The notes beneath the pieces are model-generated. The model saw only the letters and a list, made by a program, of their open reading frames with translations, did not search any database and was not told the origin of the DNA. Made by a program: the position numbers and the translations under genes. From assembly GCA_030770535.1 (NCBI GenBank), contig JASVEC010000001.1:1116001-1180000 (forward strand): DNA of 64,000 nt, read 5' to 3'. Of the stretch, positions 39,040 to 50,617 are shown one piece after another; the stretch's first letter is position 1; each line of letters opens with the position of its first letter. Source of the DNA: Batkoa obscura. Taxonomy: Eukaryota.

Positions 39040-42000
39040 ATACGACAATTAATGGGAAACAGGCTAAATTTTAATTTTATAAACGATATTTTTTACCTGT
39101 ACCATATTACATTACACATCACATATCATAAACTTAAATTTTATATTTAATTACAATAATACTTCTTTCAGGAATTTTAATATTAGAAATAGATTTATAA
39201 GCTCAAACCCCAGACACCTAATTTTACTATAATTGTATTTTTTCTTTAATTTAAAATGGTTCAAATACCACCTTTTAGGTAATCAAACACTGTTTAAACT
39301 TATTTTTAGCTTTATCAATAAAAATGTTACTATAAGGTTGAGTCTTAAACTTGATTTTTTACTACACAGCTATTATAATAACTTTGCTACAAGCTAACTC
39401 GTAATAATTTTCAAATTTAGTCGTTTAGTTTTTTAATCCTAGTCTTTAGATTTTAGCATGAATCTAGTATGTTTTGATTTAAATAAACATTTGATAAGCC
39501 TGCAATAAAGTTGGAGCAGCTGTTAGATTTATAACTGAAAAATTTAAGAACCTCAAAGGCAATTTTAATCCATTTTAACCTTGCTTTTTTAGCTTCTTTG
39601 ACTTTAGCAGTTCTGATTTAACCTTTTTAAAAATTAATTTTGACTAAGTATTTGATAAAAAATATAAATCATTCTTAAAGGAAATATTATTATAATTAAC
39701 TTATAATTAATAGTAAGAATTGTTTTTGAAATATATTAGCCTTTAAATTAGTAAACAGGCACACATGCATTAATAATCACCTAATTTACGAAAAATGCTT
39801 TAATAGAAAACAAACAAATAATGAACCGTTGGTAGATCATTCAACATGAATTAAAATCTATTTGATTCATTAGAATGCGTTATTAGGCCATTTATTTGTA
39901 TGATTTCTACCTACCTGAAACCTTTGGGACCTACATAAGTTTTAGATGGCTAGAGGTTTAACAGCTAGCTTAGCTAAAAGAGTAAACTTACTTTAATGTT
40001 AATTACAAAAATTTTAGTTAATAAGACAAAAAATTAAACTAATTAAATAATTAGTTAGTTGACTTTGTGAAATGAACTATAAAATTTATAAAGAAAGGGG
40101 GGCAAAAAGTTAGGAGGGAAAATAAAATCAAAGTTGACTCTAATATTAAATGTATTTTGAAACAAACCAATTGGTATTTAAATGCGATCTCAATTAGAGT
40201 ATTTGACTTATTAAGGCAACTAATTTTAAATTGAGCTTAAATTTTACTAATTACCAAATTAATTTAAAATTTTAACAATTGGTATTGGTCTTAAAAATCC
40301 ACTGTTTGAAATTGTGTTTTATTTTTTTTAAATTACAAATTTAAAATGGGTAAAGTTTGTAGTTATAAAAAATAAAAAGCAGTACAAAATTTAAAGATAG
40401 TTTGTTAATTCAAAATTAGCTTTTCAATAAAATGGTGATTTTTGAATGGAACAATACCATTACCATTGAATATATGTATAAATTAAAACTCATAAGCTAA
40501 ATCAAGCGAGTTATTTAAAGATCCTATTTGGTTTGATAATCCCAATAAGAATTTTTGGCAAAATTATTAGAAAAAAAGTGCATATAACATGAAAATAAAA
40601 GTAATATAATATAATAATTTAAAATAATATTAAGTTTTTAAATACTGGTATAATATAAAATCTGATAAGAAAGTAGAAACAGCTTTTCTAAAGAGTTGTT
40701 ATAGTTACAACATAAAAATACTGTGCTATTCTTTTTTTAATACTGGATATGCTCAACTTTTATTAAATTTCCTATCTATATAGCTCTCAATTAAAGTGCA
40801 GTATTTCCTATATAAAAGTTGATCTAATGCTACATAAACATTGTCTAACTAATCATAATGCTCTAATTTATATTTTATTTTTAAGGAGTGCCCTTTCTTT
40901 ATAAAGTATTCTATTACTAGCTATTTTTTTGTTTATTTTGTTATATTCATCTAAAATTTAACCCTCTCTTAGCTATAGCCACATTGGAACTAAAGCATTA
41001 CCCCCATGTTACACCTTTTGTCCGCAAAAAGAACCCACATCTCTTTACTAATTCTTTTTGTTAAAAAAACTTTATACATCAAAGCCTATTCTGTTTGAAA
41101 AATATAAAAACTATGTCCTCCTCCCATACATGTAAAGATTTATACTATATACTTTCCCATTAGAGAGATGGAAATACTCACATTTAACATAATATACATA
41201 CTGTGTTTTTTTATTTCCTTTAATTTAATAAACTTTTAAAAATAATCAATCTACTACCAATGTTATAATTATACTGTCAATTATTATTTTTTAGTTGAGA
41301 CCGCCACTTTAAGTATAAAAATGCTAACTTTTTATAGTTTTTGTACCTCCCAAAATAACACATAAGGCTAAAAAAACATCTCCAAATACCTAGTAGTTAA
41401 ACTTCAAGTTGGGTCCTTAAGTAATTGATTAATAGTTTTTCAAATTTTAGCTTGATTTCGAATTTACCTTACCATTTTGAAACAAATCAATATTTTAAAT
41501 ACAATAGCACTCAAATAATAATTGGACTAATTTTAATGCATTAAATTTTAAAGGCAACTTCTGGTTTTAATAAGTCACTACCTCTAATAAATTAGTAACC
41601 GGGGATGTCCAAATTGGTTTCAAATAATCAATCTACTTAAAAGTTAATCTAAATATTATTTTTTTTATTTATAAATTAACTTTAGTTGGGGGTTTTTTTT
41701 TGGTTTCATTATTTTTTTCATTTTTTAAGCGCTATTTGAGCGGAAAGATTGTTTAGTAGAATTCTTAAACAAAAAAATACATCCACATTATATGATTTGG
41801 TTAAATTTAAAAAAGACTTATTTTAATGTTTTATTTTTTTTAAATACTTAACCTTTTTAATTATATACTTTTTATATGTATGATTTTTATTGAACATTTA
41901 ATAAAATTATTTTAAATATTTAATAAATAATATAATTGTTTGATTTTACTTTTTATTAAAATAAAAACAAAATCCAACCTTTTATAACTAAAGTTCAAAA

Positions 42001-42137
42001 TAGAATTTTTAAAAATTTTAAAATAATAAAGAAAAGCACACAATCTAACCATCGTGATTTGTTTATAATAACTTTAACTATTTATAATAACTCAGGGTTT
42101 ATGGAATTTTATGATAGAAAAGAAAAAAGCCTATTAA

Positions 42138-42973
42138 AGTTTATTATTAATAATAATGAACTTGATTAACCAATATATAGAATTAGTGCCTCAAAAAGGA
42201 AACGGGAAATAAAAACCAGTAAGTAGCATTATTATTAACTATAGCTTCAGTGTATTCTTTTGATGAATGTAAAAGTTTTGGATTTGATATAAGTAGAAAC
42301 CAATATGATTATTTTTAAATAATTAATAAAAATAAAATACCAACATTACAACCTACTATCAAAAATACAAAAAAAATTAAAGATGAGCAAATTGAGGTTA
42401 TTATACAATATTTATCTGATATCTCACTCAACTTTTTTATCAAGATTCAATAAAAAAAATAATGATAATATGGATATTCGTCAGATAATATATGGGGATG
42501 TATTTTTGTGTTTAAGAATTTTACTAACAATCTTTCCGCTCAAATAGCGCTTAAAAAATGAAAAAAATAATGAAACCAAAAAAACACCCCCATATGGCCA
42601 GATACAGGAAATCATTTTAAGTCTCAAGAGTTTTTACATTATGTATTCAAAAAAATTCATGAAATAAATAATAGTTTAAATAATAGTTTAAATGTTGATC
42701 TTAATTTTTTGCTAAGCATCATGGAAAAAGTATAGTTGGTAGATATTTTGGAAATCTTTTATAGTGGAAAAATAATTTTAAAGCATTAAATATAATAAAT
42801 TACATTATTATCCAGTATCTGGTAAATCAAAAAAAAGTGATATAATCCTAATTAAAGTTATAGAGCCTATAGAAAATAGGAAAAGTAAAAGATCAACCCC
42901 AGGCCCACCTTACAAAAATAACTGAAAATTTAAGTTTCAATATTTAGTAAGCAAGGAAGTAGCTTATTAAATG
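42138..42973. repeat. right arm of the 836-bp inverted repeat (partner 32130-32965)
   Basis: Reverse complement of 32130-32965. Confidence 0.92.
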
Positions 42974-43027
42974 TTGATATTACTTAAATTATTAATAGCT
43001 AAGTTAATAAATAGTTAAACAGCAAGT

Positions 43028-43501
43028 TGTGAAAGTTGGTACTCAGTGGTAGGAATTAAAAGCAGTTCTTGCTTGATTAAATTGCCTTGAGTCGAACGGT
43101 CTTAGTTTATATAACTAAGATAGATTTAAATGAATAGGAATAATACGTAATAAGTTACGAACTGTGTAAAACAAATAGAATAGACAATACTACTGTAAAA
43201 TCTACGTAAGATGTTGTCAGAAGACTTAGTGGCTTTATTAATGGTATGATGTCAAGGAGTAATTCAATTAAAAAGCCTCGAGTTTAGTATGTTAAAGGAT
43301 CTCTTTTATACTCCAACAAGTATGGCTATCAAAACGAGAGGATAATATTCTTTGGAATATGAGGTTGGAAATTCTCGCAACAAATCAAAATAAGGGACTC
43401 TGGCTCTGACTTGATTGTGCTTGAACTTGAGAACACAACAACTTAAATGATTGATTATGTTGTAATCAATCCGAGAGCTAATAAAGGAACAATATTTCAC
43501 A
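43028..43501 (+). mobile_element. solo-LTR-like element, 474 bp
   Basis: TGTGAAA...TTTCACA; TSD AAGT/AAGT, supported by the empty homologous site near 44850; AATAAA near the 3' end. Confidence 0.78.
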
Positions 43502-44098
43502 AAGTAGTTGTAATAATAAGTAAAAACTATTATTACACTGCTTGTATTACATAGGGATGGTTTGATTAATTATAGTTTTGGGGCCAACTACACTTTCCCT
43601 TCTCACACAGCTATTTATTAACTTAGTGATATATTAATAATGTAATTATAACATTAAAATTATTTATTTATTTGATAGCAGATCTGCAACAGTGATTATA
43701 AAGCAGCCAATGATAAATATTTCTCAATCAGAGGTTTTATAAGAAAATGCATTTATTTACATCTTACAACTTTGATTAATATCAATATCAATATATAGGC
43801 TATATTAGTAAAAGCCTTGCTAATCTGGAAATTTTTATTAAACTTAGTAAAAATTCTGCTAATTTACAATATAAATTGTAATAAAGTAATTTAAAACTGT
43901 ATTAAGTTACTTTTCCTTTTCAATAAAAAGTTAAAATAAAAAAATGAAATTAATTTAATACTAGTTTTTCAACTTTAAAAATTTCTTTATTAACAAAAAT
44001 ATTTTTATACTCCTTTTAAAACATAATAACTGTGATATTTTTTTTCAGTTTTTATATTAAGCTTGTTGCATCAATACATAAATTAATTAAATTAACAT

Positions 44099-44351
44099 GG
44101 GGATGTATTTTTCTGTTTAAGAATTTTACAACAGTCTTTCTACTCAAATAGCGCTTAAAAAATGGAAAAAATAATGAAACCAAAAAAAACATCCCCATAT
44201 AAATACTTTTAGTATTATTTTAAGCATTTTTTTTAACTATATGAAATATTATATAAGGATGTATTTTTTTGTTTAAAAGTTTCACTGACAATCATTGTAC
44301 TCAAATAGTGCTTGAAAGACGTAAAAAGTGATGAAGTCAAAAAACACCCCC
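44099..44351. mobile_element. two MITE copies (44099-44196, 44255-44351)
   Basis: Consensus bodies; ACAT/ATAT and ATAT/ATAT flanks. Confidence 0.85.
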
Positions 44352-44950
44352 ATATAACATAAGAAACTTTCTATATTTGCTTATATATTAATTTTTATAA
44401 ACTTTTTAAATACCAAAGTAATTAAATAGTCTTTTATATATGGGAGTGTCCAAATTAGGTTCGTTTTTTTATCCAATTTCAAATTATTTTATTATAATTT
44501 ATATTGTAAGTTAGCGGAATTCCTATCAAATTTAATATAAATTCCTGGATTAGCAAGGACTTTACTAATATAGCCTATATAATGATATTAATCGAAGTTG
44601 TAATATGTAAATAAATATGTATTTTTATATAACTTTATTAAGAAATATTTATTATTAACTGTTTTATATTCAACACTGCAGATTTGCTATCAAATGAATA
44701 AATTATTTTAATATTATAATTATATTATTAATATATCGCTAAGTTAATAAATAGCTGCATGGGAGGGAGTGGTTAGCCCCAAAACTATAATTAACCATCC
44801 CTATGTAACACAAGCAGTATAATAATAGCTTTTACTTATTATTATAACTACTTGCTCTTTGACTATTTATTAACTTAGCTATCAATAATTTAAGTAATAT
44901 CAACATTTAATAATTGATTTCTATCATCTAATAAGCTACCTACTTGCTTA

Positions 44951-46682
44951 CTAAATATTGACTTTTAAATTTTTTGTTATTTTTGTAAGATAAGCTGGGG
45001 TTGACCTTTTAATTTTTTTATTCTCTATAGACTCTATAACTTTAATTGTAATTATATCGCTTTTTTTTGATCTATCAGATACTGGATAGCATTGTAGTTT
45101 ATTATCATGTTTAATAAAATGTAAATACTTTTTGATACCTTGTATTTTTATTATTTTTTTTGTACCTTTGTTTCTTTCATACTTTTTAAAAATTATATCT
45201 GCTTTCCCATTACTGACAGTTGAGTTATTAACTCTGTTATGTTCACAAATAAAAATCTCAAATTTTGAAATTAATTGATCAATATCTTCTATTTTACTTA
45301 ATACTTCAAAACTGTTCTTCCATTGTGAAAGATTTCCAAAATGTCCATCAATCATACTTTTTCTATGATGCTCAGCAAAAAAATTAAGGTCAATGTTTAA
45401 ACTATTATTTGTTTTATGAATTTTTTTAAATATATAATGTAAAAACCCTTGAGATTTAAAATAATTCCCTGTATCTATTTATATATTAATTTTTGTAAAC
45501 TTTTTAAATAAAGGCTCTTTAGATACTAAATCAACTAAACAGTTTCTTACATATGCTGAATCATGATTTAATATTTCATAAATAATCAAAATAAACTCTA
45601 TCTATTGTTCTATCATTTTTTAAATATAAAACGCCAAACCCTAACACTGATATAGCTTGTTTATTATAATGATCTAAATTTATTAGATTGTGGTCTTGTT
45701 TTTACTTTTATGTTTTATTTAGTCTAGCACTATTATACAACTTTTATTATTTAATTCTTTAATAGTCTCATTATATGTTTTTTTGAGTATCAACACAAAA
45801 TTCATGTAATTTATATAACCTTTTTTCTTTATTAAAAGATTCCTGTATCTCTGCTTTATTTTTTGTCGCTGTATTTGTTTTATTTTCAAATAGCTTTTTT
45901 CTAACTGTATACTGGGCACATATATTACATAAATCTGTTTTTCTTGCTGGATTTTTAAAATTATTTGGTATATATAGGGATATATTTTTTTGTTTAAGAA
46001 TTTTACTAACAATCTTTCCACTCAAATAGCGCTTAAAAGGTAGAAAAAGTGATGAAACCAAAAAAAACACCCCCATATTTAAAAAATGTTGACCTAGCTA
46101 CTGCTTTATCTTTTAAATCATTAAAATATTTACTATATATCATTCTTCTACCCTTATTTATATACATTACCTGATAAATATTTATCATTATTTTTTTTAT
46201 TGAATCTTCATAAAAAAGTTGAGTTATCAGGTAAATATTATATAATAATCTCAATTTGCTCATCTTTAATTTTTTTTGTATTTTTGATAATAGGTTGTAA
46301 TGTTGGTGCTTTATTATTAATTATTTTTAAAAAATTATACTAATTTCTATTTGTATTAAATCCAAAACTTTTACATGCATCAAAATAATATACTAAAGAC
46401 TATAGTTGATAATAATGCTACTTGTTGGTTTTTATTTCCTGTTTCCTTTAAAGCACTAATTTTATACATTGCTTGATTGAGTTTGTTATTATTAATAGTA
46501 AACTTTAATAACCTTTCTTTTCTTTTTTTTGTTTTATTATAAAATTCTATAAACTCTGGGTTATTGCGAATAGCTGCTAAAATAGGTGTAAATGAATTAC
46601 AATGTTTGTATAATGTGCTTCTCCCTATCGTATTAAAGTTTTTAGAAATTCCATTTCGAAGTTTAGTTATAAAAGCTTGCAT
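44951..46682 (-). pseudogene. Sola2-like DDD transposase pseudogene
   Basis: Stitched translation: ARSTFFKYIPNNFKNPARKTDLCNIC...CIIVLD...LNHDSAYVRNCL...KINI*IDTGNYFKS...NFFAEHHRKSMIDGHFG; contains stops, frameshifts and a MITE interruption. Confidence 0.78.
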
Positions 46683-46773
46683 TTTGTTTTTATTTTAATA
46701 AAAAACAAAGTCAAATAATTATATATTTATATATTATATATCTATTGAACATTTAATAAAAAGTACAAAACAC

Positions 46774-47131
46774 TGTGAAATATCGTTTCATCAACTCTAT
46801 GATTGATTATCGCATAATAATCACTTAACTTGTTTACAAAACTAGTTGGAGTATAAAATAGATTTTTCAACATAATAGCTCGAGGCTTTTTTAATTGAAT
46901 TACTCCCTAATATTGTACTTTTAATAAAGCCAGTAAGTCTTGTAGTATTTTGGGTAGATTTTACAGCAGTATCTTCCATTCTATTTATTTTATATAGTTT
47001 GTAGCTTATTACGTACTATTCCTATTGACTTAAGTCTATCTTAGCTACATAAAGTAAGGGCTTTTGACTTACGGCCAGTTAACTAAGCTAGAACTGCCTC
47101 TAACTCCAATTAATGAGTACTAACTTTCACA
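46774..47131 (-). mobile_element. internally deleted solo-LTR-like copy
   Basis: TGTGAAATAT...AACTTTCACA; reverse homology to 43028-43501. Confidence 0.7.
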
Positions 47132-47300
47132 AACATATAATTAAAAAAAAAATAAAACAAGCCTTTAAGTTAAATCTTTATATTTAGTTTTAAGCTTTTT
47201 AAATTTAGCTGATCATACATTAAAGACTTACAAAATTAAAAACTTAAAATTTGGATTAATTTCTAGTTAAATTCTGAAACCAATTCGGACACCCCCATAT

Positions 47301-47399
47301 GGAGGTGTTTTTTTTGGCTTCATCACTTTTTCTACCTTTTAAGCGCTATTTGAGCGGAAAAATTGTTAGTAAAATTCTTAAACAAAAAAATACATCCCC
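47301..47399. mobile_element. ~98-bp MITE abutting the Sola2-like element end
   Basis: ATAT 47297-47300 shared with the large element; ATAT after 47399. Confidence 0.92.
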
Positions 47400-47554
47400 A
47401 TATTTCAGCATGATAATGACTTAAAGCATACTTTAGTCATAATAAAGAAATATTTGAAAAACCAAAATTTTTAAATAATATTATAGCTTTTGCAGCTATT
47501 TAATTTAAACTTAATCGAAAATATATAGTTTTTATTAGATTATAAGATATATAG

Positions 47555-48096
47555 CGTGAAATATTGCTTCATCAGCTCTATAATCGATTATCACATAGTA
47601 ATCATTTAGCTTGTTTACAAAACCAGTTGTAGTCTTTATTCAATTTGACTGTGATTCATGTGATACAGTCAACCCAAAGTTCCTTATTTAGATTCGCTGT
47701 GAGAATTCCTATCGCCTAATCATGAGGAACTTATTGTCTACATTTTAATACCCATACTTGGCAACTATAATAAGGAATAACTATTATCATGTTCCTTATA
47801 TATAGCCCCTAGTTGAAGTATAAAAGAGACTACTTAACATGATAACTCCAGGCTTTCTAATTGAATTGCTCCTTGAATCATACCTTTAATAAAGCCACTA
47901 AGTCTTATAGTATTTTACGTGGGTTTTACATTAGTATTTTTTATTGTATTTATTTTACATAGTCCATAGCCTATTGAGCGCTATTCTTACTAATCCAAGC
48001 CTATCTTAGTTACATAAACTAAGACCTTTTGACTTACGGCCAGTTAATTAAGCTAGAACTGCTTTTGACTCTAATCACTGAGCACCAACTTTCACA
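47555..48096 (-). mobile_element. solo-LTR-like copy
   Basis: (C)GTGAAATAT...AACTTTCACA; reverse homolog of 22843-23528 without the MITEs. Confidence 0.7.
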
Positions 48097-48232
48097 ATGA
48101 TAATTATAATAGTTTATTATCTTATTTGATAATAAGGTCTCTATTAATGTTATATTCTTTTTATAAAGCTATTTATTAGCTGTATTTAATTAAATAATAT
48201 AATAAATATTATAATTTATAAAAGTTTTATAT

Positions 48233-48331
48233 GGGGATGTTTTTTTTGATTTCATTACTTTTTCCATTTTTTAAGCACTATTTGAGCGGAAAGATTGTTA
48301 GTAAAATTCTTAAACAAAAAAATACATCCCC
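48233..48331. mobile_element. ~98-bp MITE copy
   Basis: Consensus body; TSD ATAT/ATAT. Confidence 0.92.
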
Positions 48332-48682
48332 ATATTTTTATTTAATTAAATAATGTTTTTTAAATTTTTACTAAATTTATTTATTAATATAATTTGTTAT
48401 AGTTATGTTCATTAAAAATATCATTTAAATAAAATGTTTAAAATAAAAAATACTTAATATTTAAATTAATATAAAAAAGTGTAAAATTCGGTATTCAAAG
48501 CCTGATTGCTTTATCTTAATTATAAAAAGCTGAAAGTTTAAAATGAAAATTATAAAAATTATTAAAAAAATGTGTAAAATATAAAAAAAATTCAATAAAA
48601 CATGAAATTATAATAATAATAATATATATATATATATCAAAAACATCTGTACCAAAATACTATTTAATATAGCTAAAAAAAC

Positions 48683-49830
48683 GAGGACGTCCGAATTGGT
48701 TTCATTTTTTTATCCAATTTTTAAATTTTATGTTTTAAAACTTTGTTTAAAATTTTATTAAAGTAAAAGTACCCAACACAGTTAATTTTAAGTTATTTTA
48801 TTATAACTTAATAAAAATTCCCGAATTAGCAAGGCTTTTATTAATATAGCCTATATATTGATATCAATCAAAGTTGTAATATGTAAATAAATATATATTC
48901 TTATAAAACTTTATTAAAAAATATTTATTATTGAGTGCTTTTTCTATAACCAACATTGTAGATTTGCTATCAAATAAATAAATAATTTTAATATTATAAT
49001 TACATTATTGTATGCTTAATAAGATATAAATATTTTTAATATTTTTTTATAATGCTTAGCAAAAAAATCAGAACCAATTTTTAAACTACTATTTGTTTTA
49101 TAGATTCTTTTAAACATATAATGTAAAAATTTTTGAGATTTAAAATAGTTTCCTGTATCTGCTTATATATTAATTTTTATAAACTTTTTAAATAAAAGCT
49201 TTTTGGATATTAAATCAATTAAACAGTCTCTTCCATATGCTGAATTTGTGATTTAATATTTCAGATAAATAATCAAAATAAACTTTTTATTATTACTTTG
49301 TCATTTTTTAAATATAAAATATCAAACTTTAATACTGATATAGCTTGTTTAAAGTTTAAAATTATTATATAATTTTTTAATAGTTTTATTAAATATGTTT
49401 TTTTGAGTATTAATATAGAATTCATATAGTTTATATGGGGGTGTTTTTTTTGGTTTCATCACTTTTCCGTTTTTTAAGCGCTATTTAAGTGGAAAAACTG
49501 CTAGTAAAATTCTTAAACAAAAAAATACATCCCCATATACCCTTTTTTCTTTGTTGAAAGATTTTTTTATCTGTTTTATTTTTTATTGCTATATTTATTT
49601 TATTTTTAGATATTTTATTTTGACTATATATTAAACACATATATTATATAAACCTGTTTTTTTTGCTGCATTTTTAAAATTATTTAATATATATTTGAAA
49701 AATATTGACTTAGTTATTGCTTTATTTTTTAAATCATTAAAATATTTATTATATGGGAATGTATTTTTTTGTTTAAGAATTTTTACTAATAATCTTTCTA
49801 CTTAAATAGCGCTTAAAAAATGGAAAAAAT
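48683..49830 (-). mobile_element. heavily decayed Sola2-like copy with MITEs at 49437-49534 and 49755-~49829 (truncated)
   Basis: Terminus GAGGACGTCCGAATTGGTTTC; AT-shifted homology to 44442-46140. Confidence 0.75.
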
Positions 49831-50617
49831 CTGCTAGCATCTAATTTTTATTATTATTCTTTAATATTAAATATTTACTGTTAAGCTATTTATTATTGAC
49901 TTGCTTTGATCAATTTATATTAATAATATTAATTTATTTAAAAATATTTAAGTTTAGCTATTAGCTAGTTATATTTTTATATTTTTATTTAAATTAAATT
50001 TTAAATTTTAAATATTTTAAATATTAAAAGCTTAATAATATAATTTATTTAAGCAGTTTTGCTTAAACAAAAAATAAAGTTATAAAATTAGGTCCAACAA
50101 ATTTTATATTCCTATTTTAAAATATAAAAATAGAGCTATAGCAATGATATAATTTTAATATTAAATTGGTTAATATCAGAATTATAGGGTACTATAACAA
50201 AATATTTTTCGCTCAAATAGGTCATAAACTTGATAATTTACATTTAAACAGCTTTAATTTTATAAACACAAACTTTATTTTTTATTAAATAGGCTATAAA
50301 AAAGTTATTAATTTAAATAGTAAATTTATTATTAATATCAATGTTTGAATTTCTTACAAGACCCATTAATTTGGTACCTTTATTTACGCTTTTGTGATTA
50401 TTATATAAATAATAGTAAAGCGCCCGAATTAAAATATAAAAACAAATATTAGAAGGTTTTATTGATTTTATCCTATGATTAAAATATTTTTAATGCTAAA
50501 TTTTTAAATAATTCTTATATCATTTCTTTAAAAAGCGATTAGTACAATAGTTACTTTGATACTTTTTAATACATATATTATTCAACTAATAGATTATATT
50601 AAGGGGATTACAATCTC

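Larger units (their letters stand above)
41601..43920 (+). mobile_element. internally deleted Sola2-like copy in opposite orientation, with MITEs (41688-41786, 42494-42591) and a solo-LTR-like insert
   Basis: Terminus GGGGATGTCCAAATTGGTTTC; homology to 44442-47296 in reverse; right boundary approximate. Confidence 0.78.
44442..47296 (-). mobile_element. most complete Sola2-like DNA transposon copy, both ends present
   Basis: ~21-bp imperfect TIRs GGGAGTGTCCAAATTAGGTTC / GGGGGTGTCCGAATTGGTTTC; ATAT on both sides; contains a transposase pseudogene, a MITE (45976-46074) and an LTR-like insert (46774-47131). Confidence 0.85.

Noticed and set aside
39900..41400. Possible coding relics (e.g. DPIWFDNPNKNFWQN)
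   Set aside because: Fragments too short and degraded to assign
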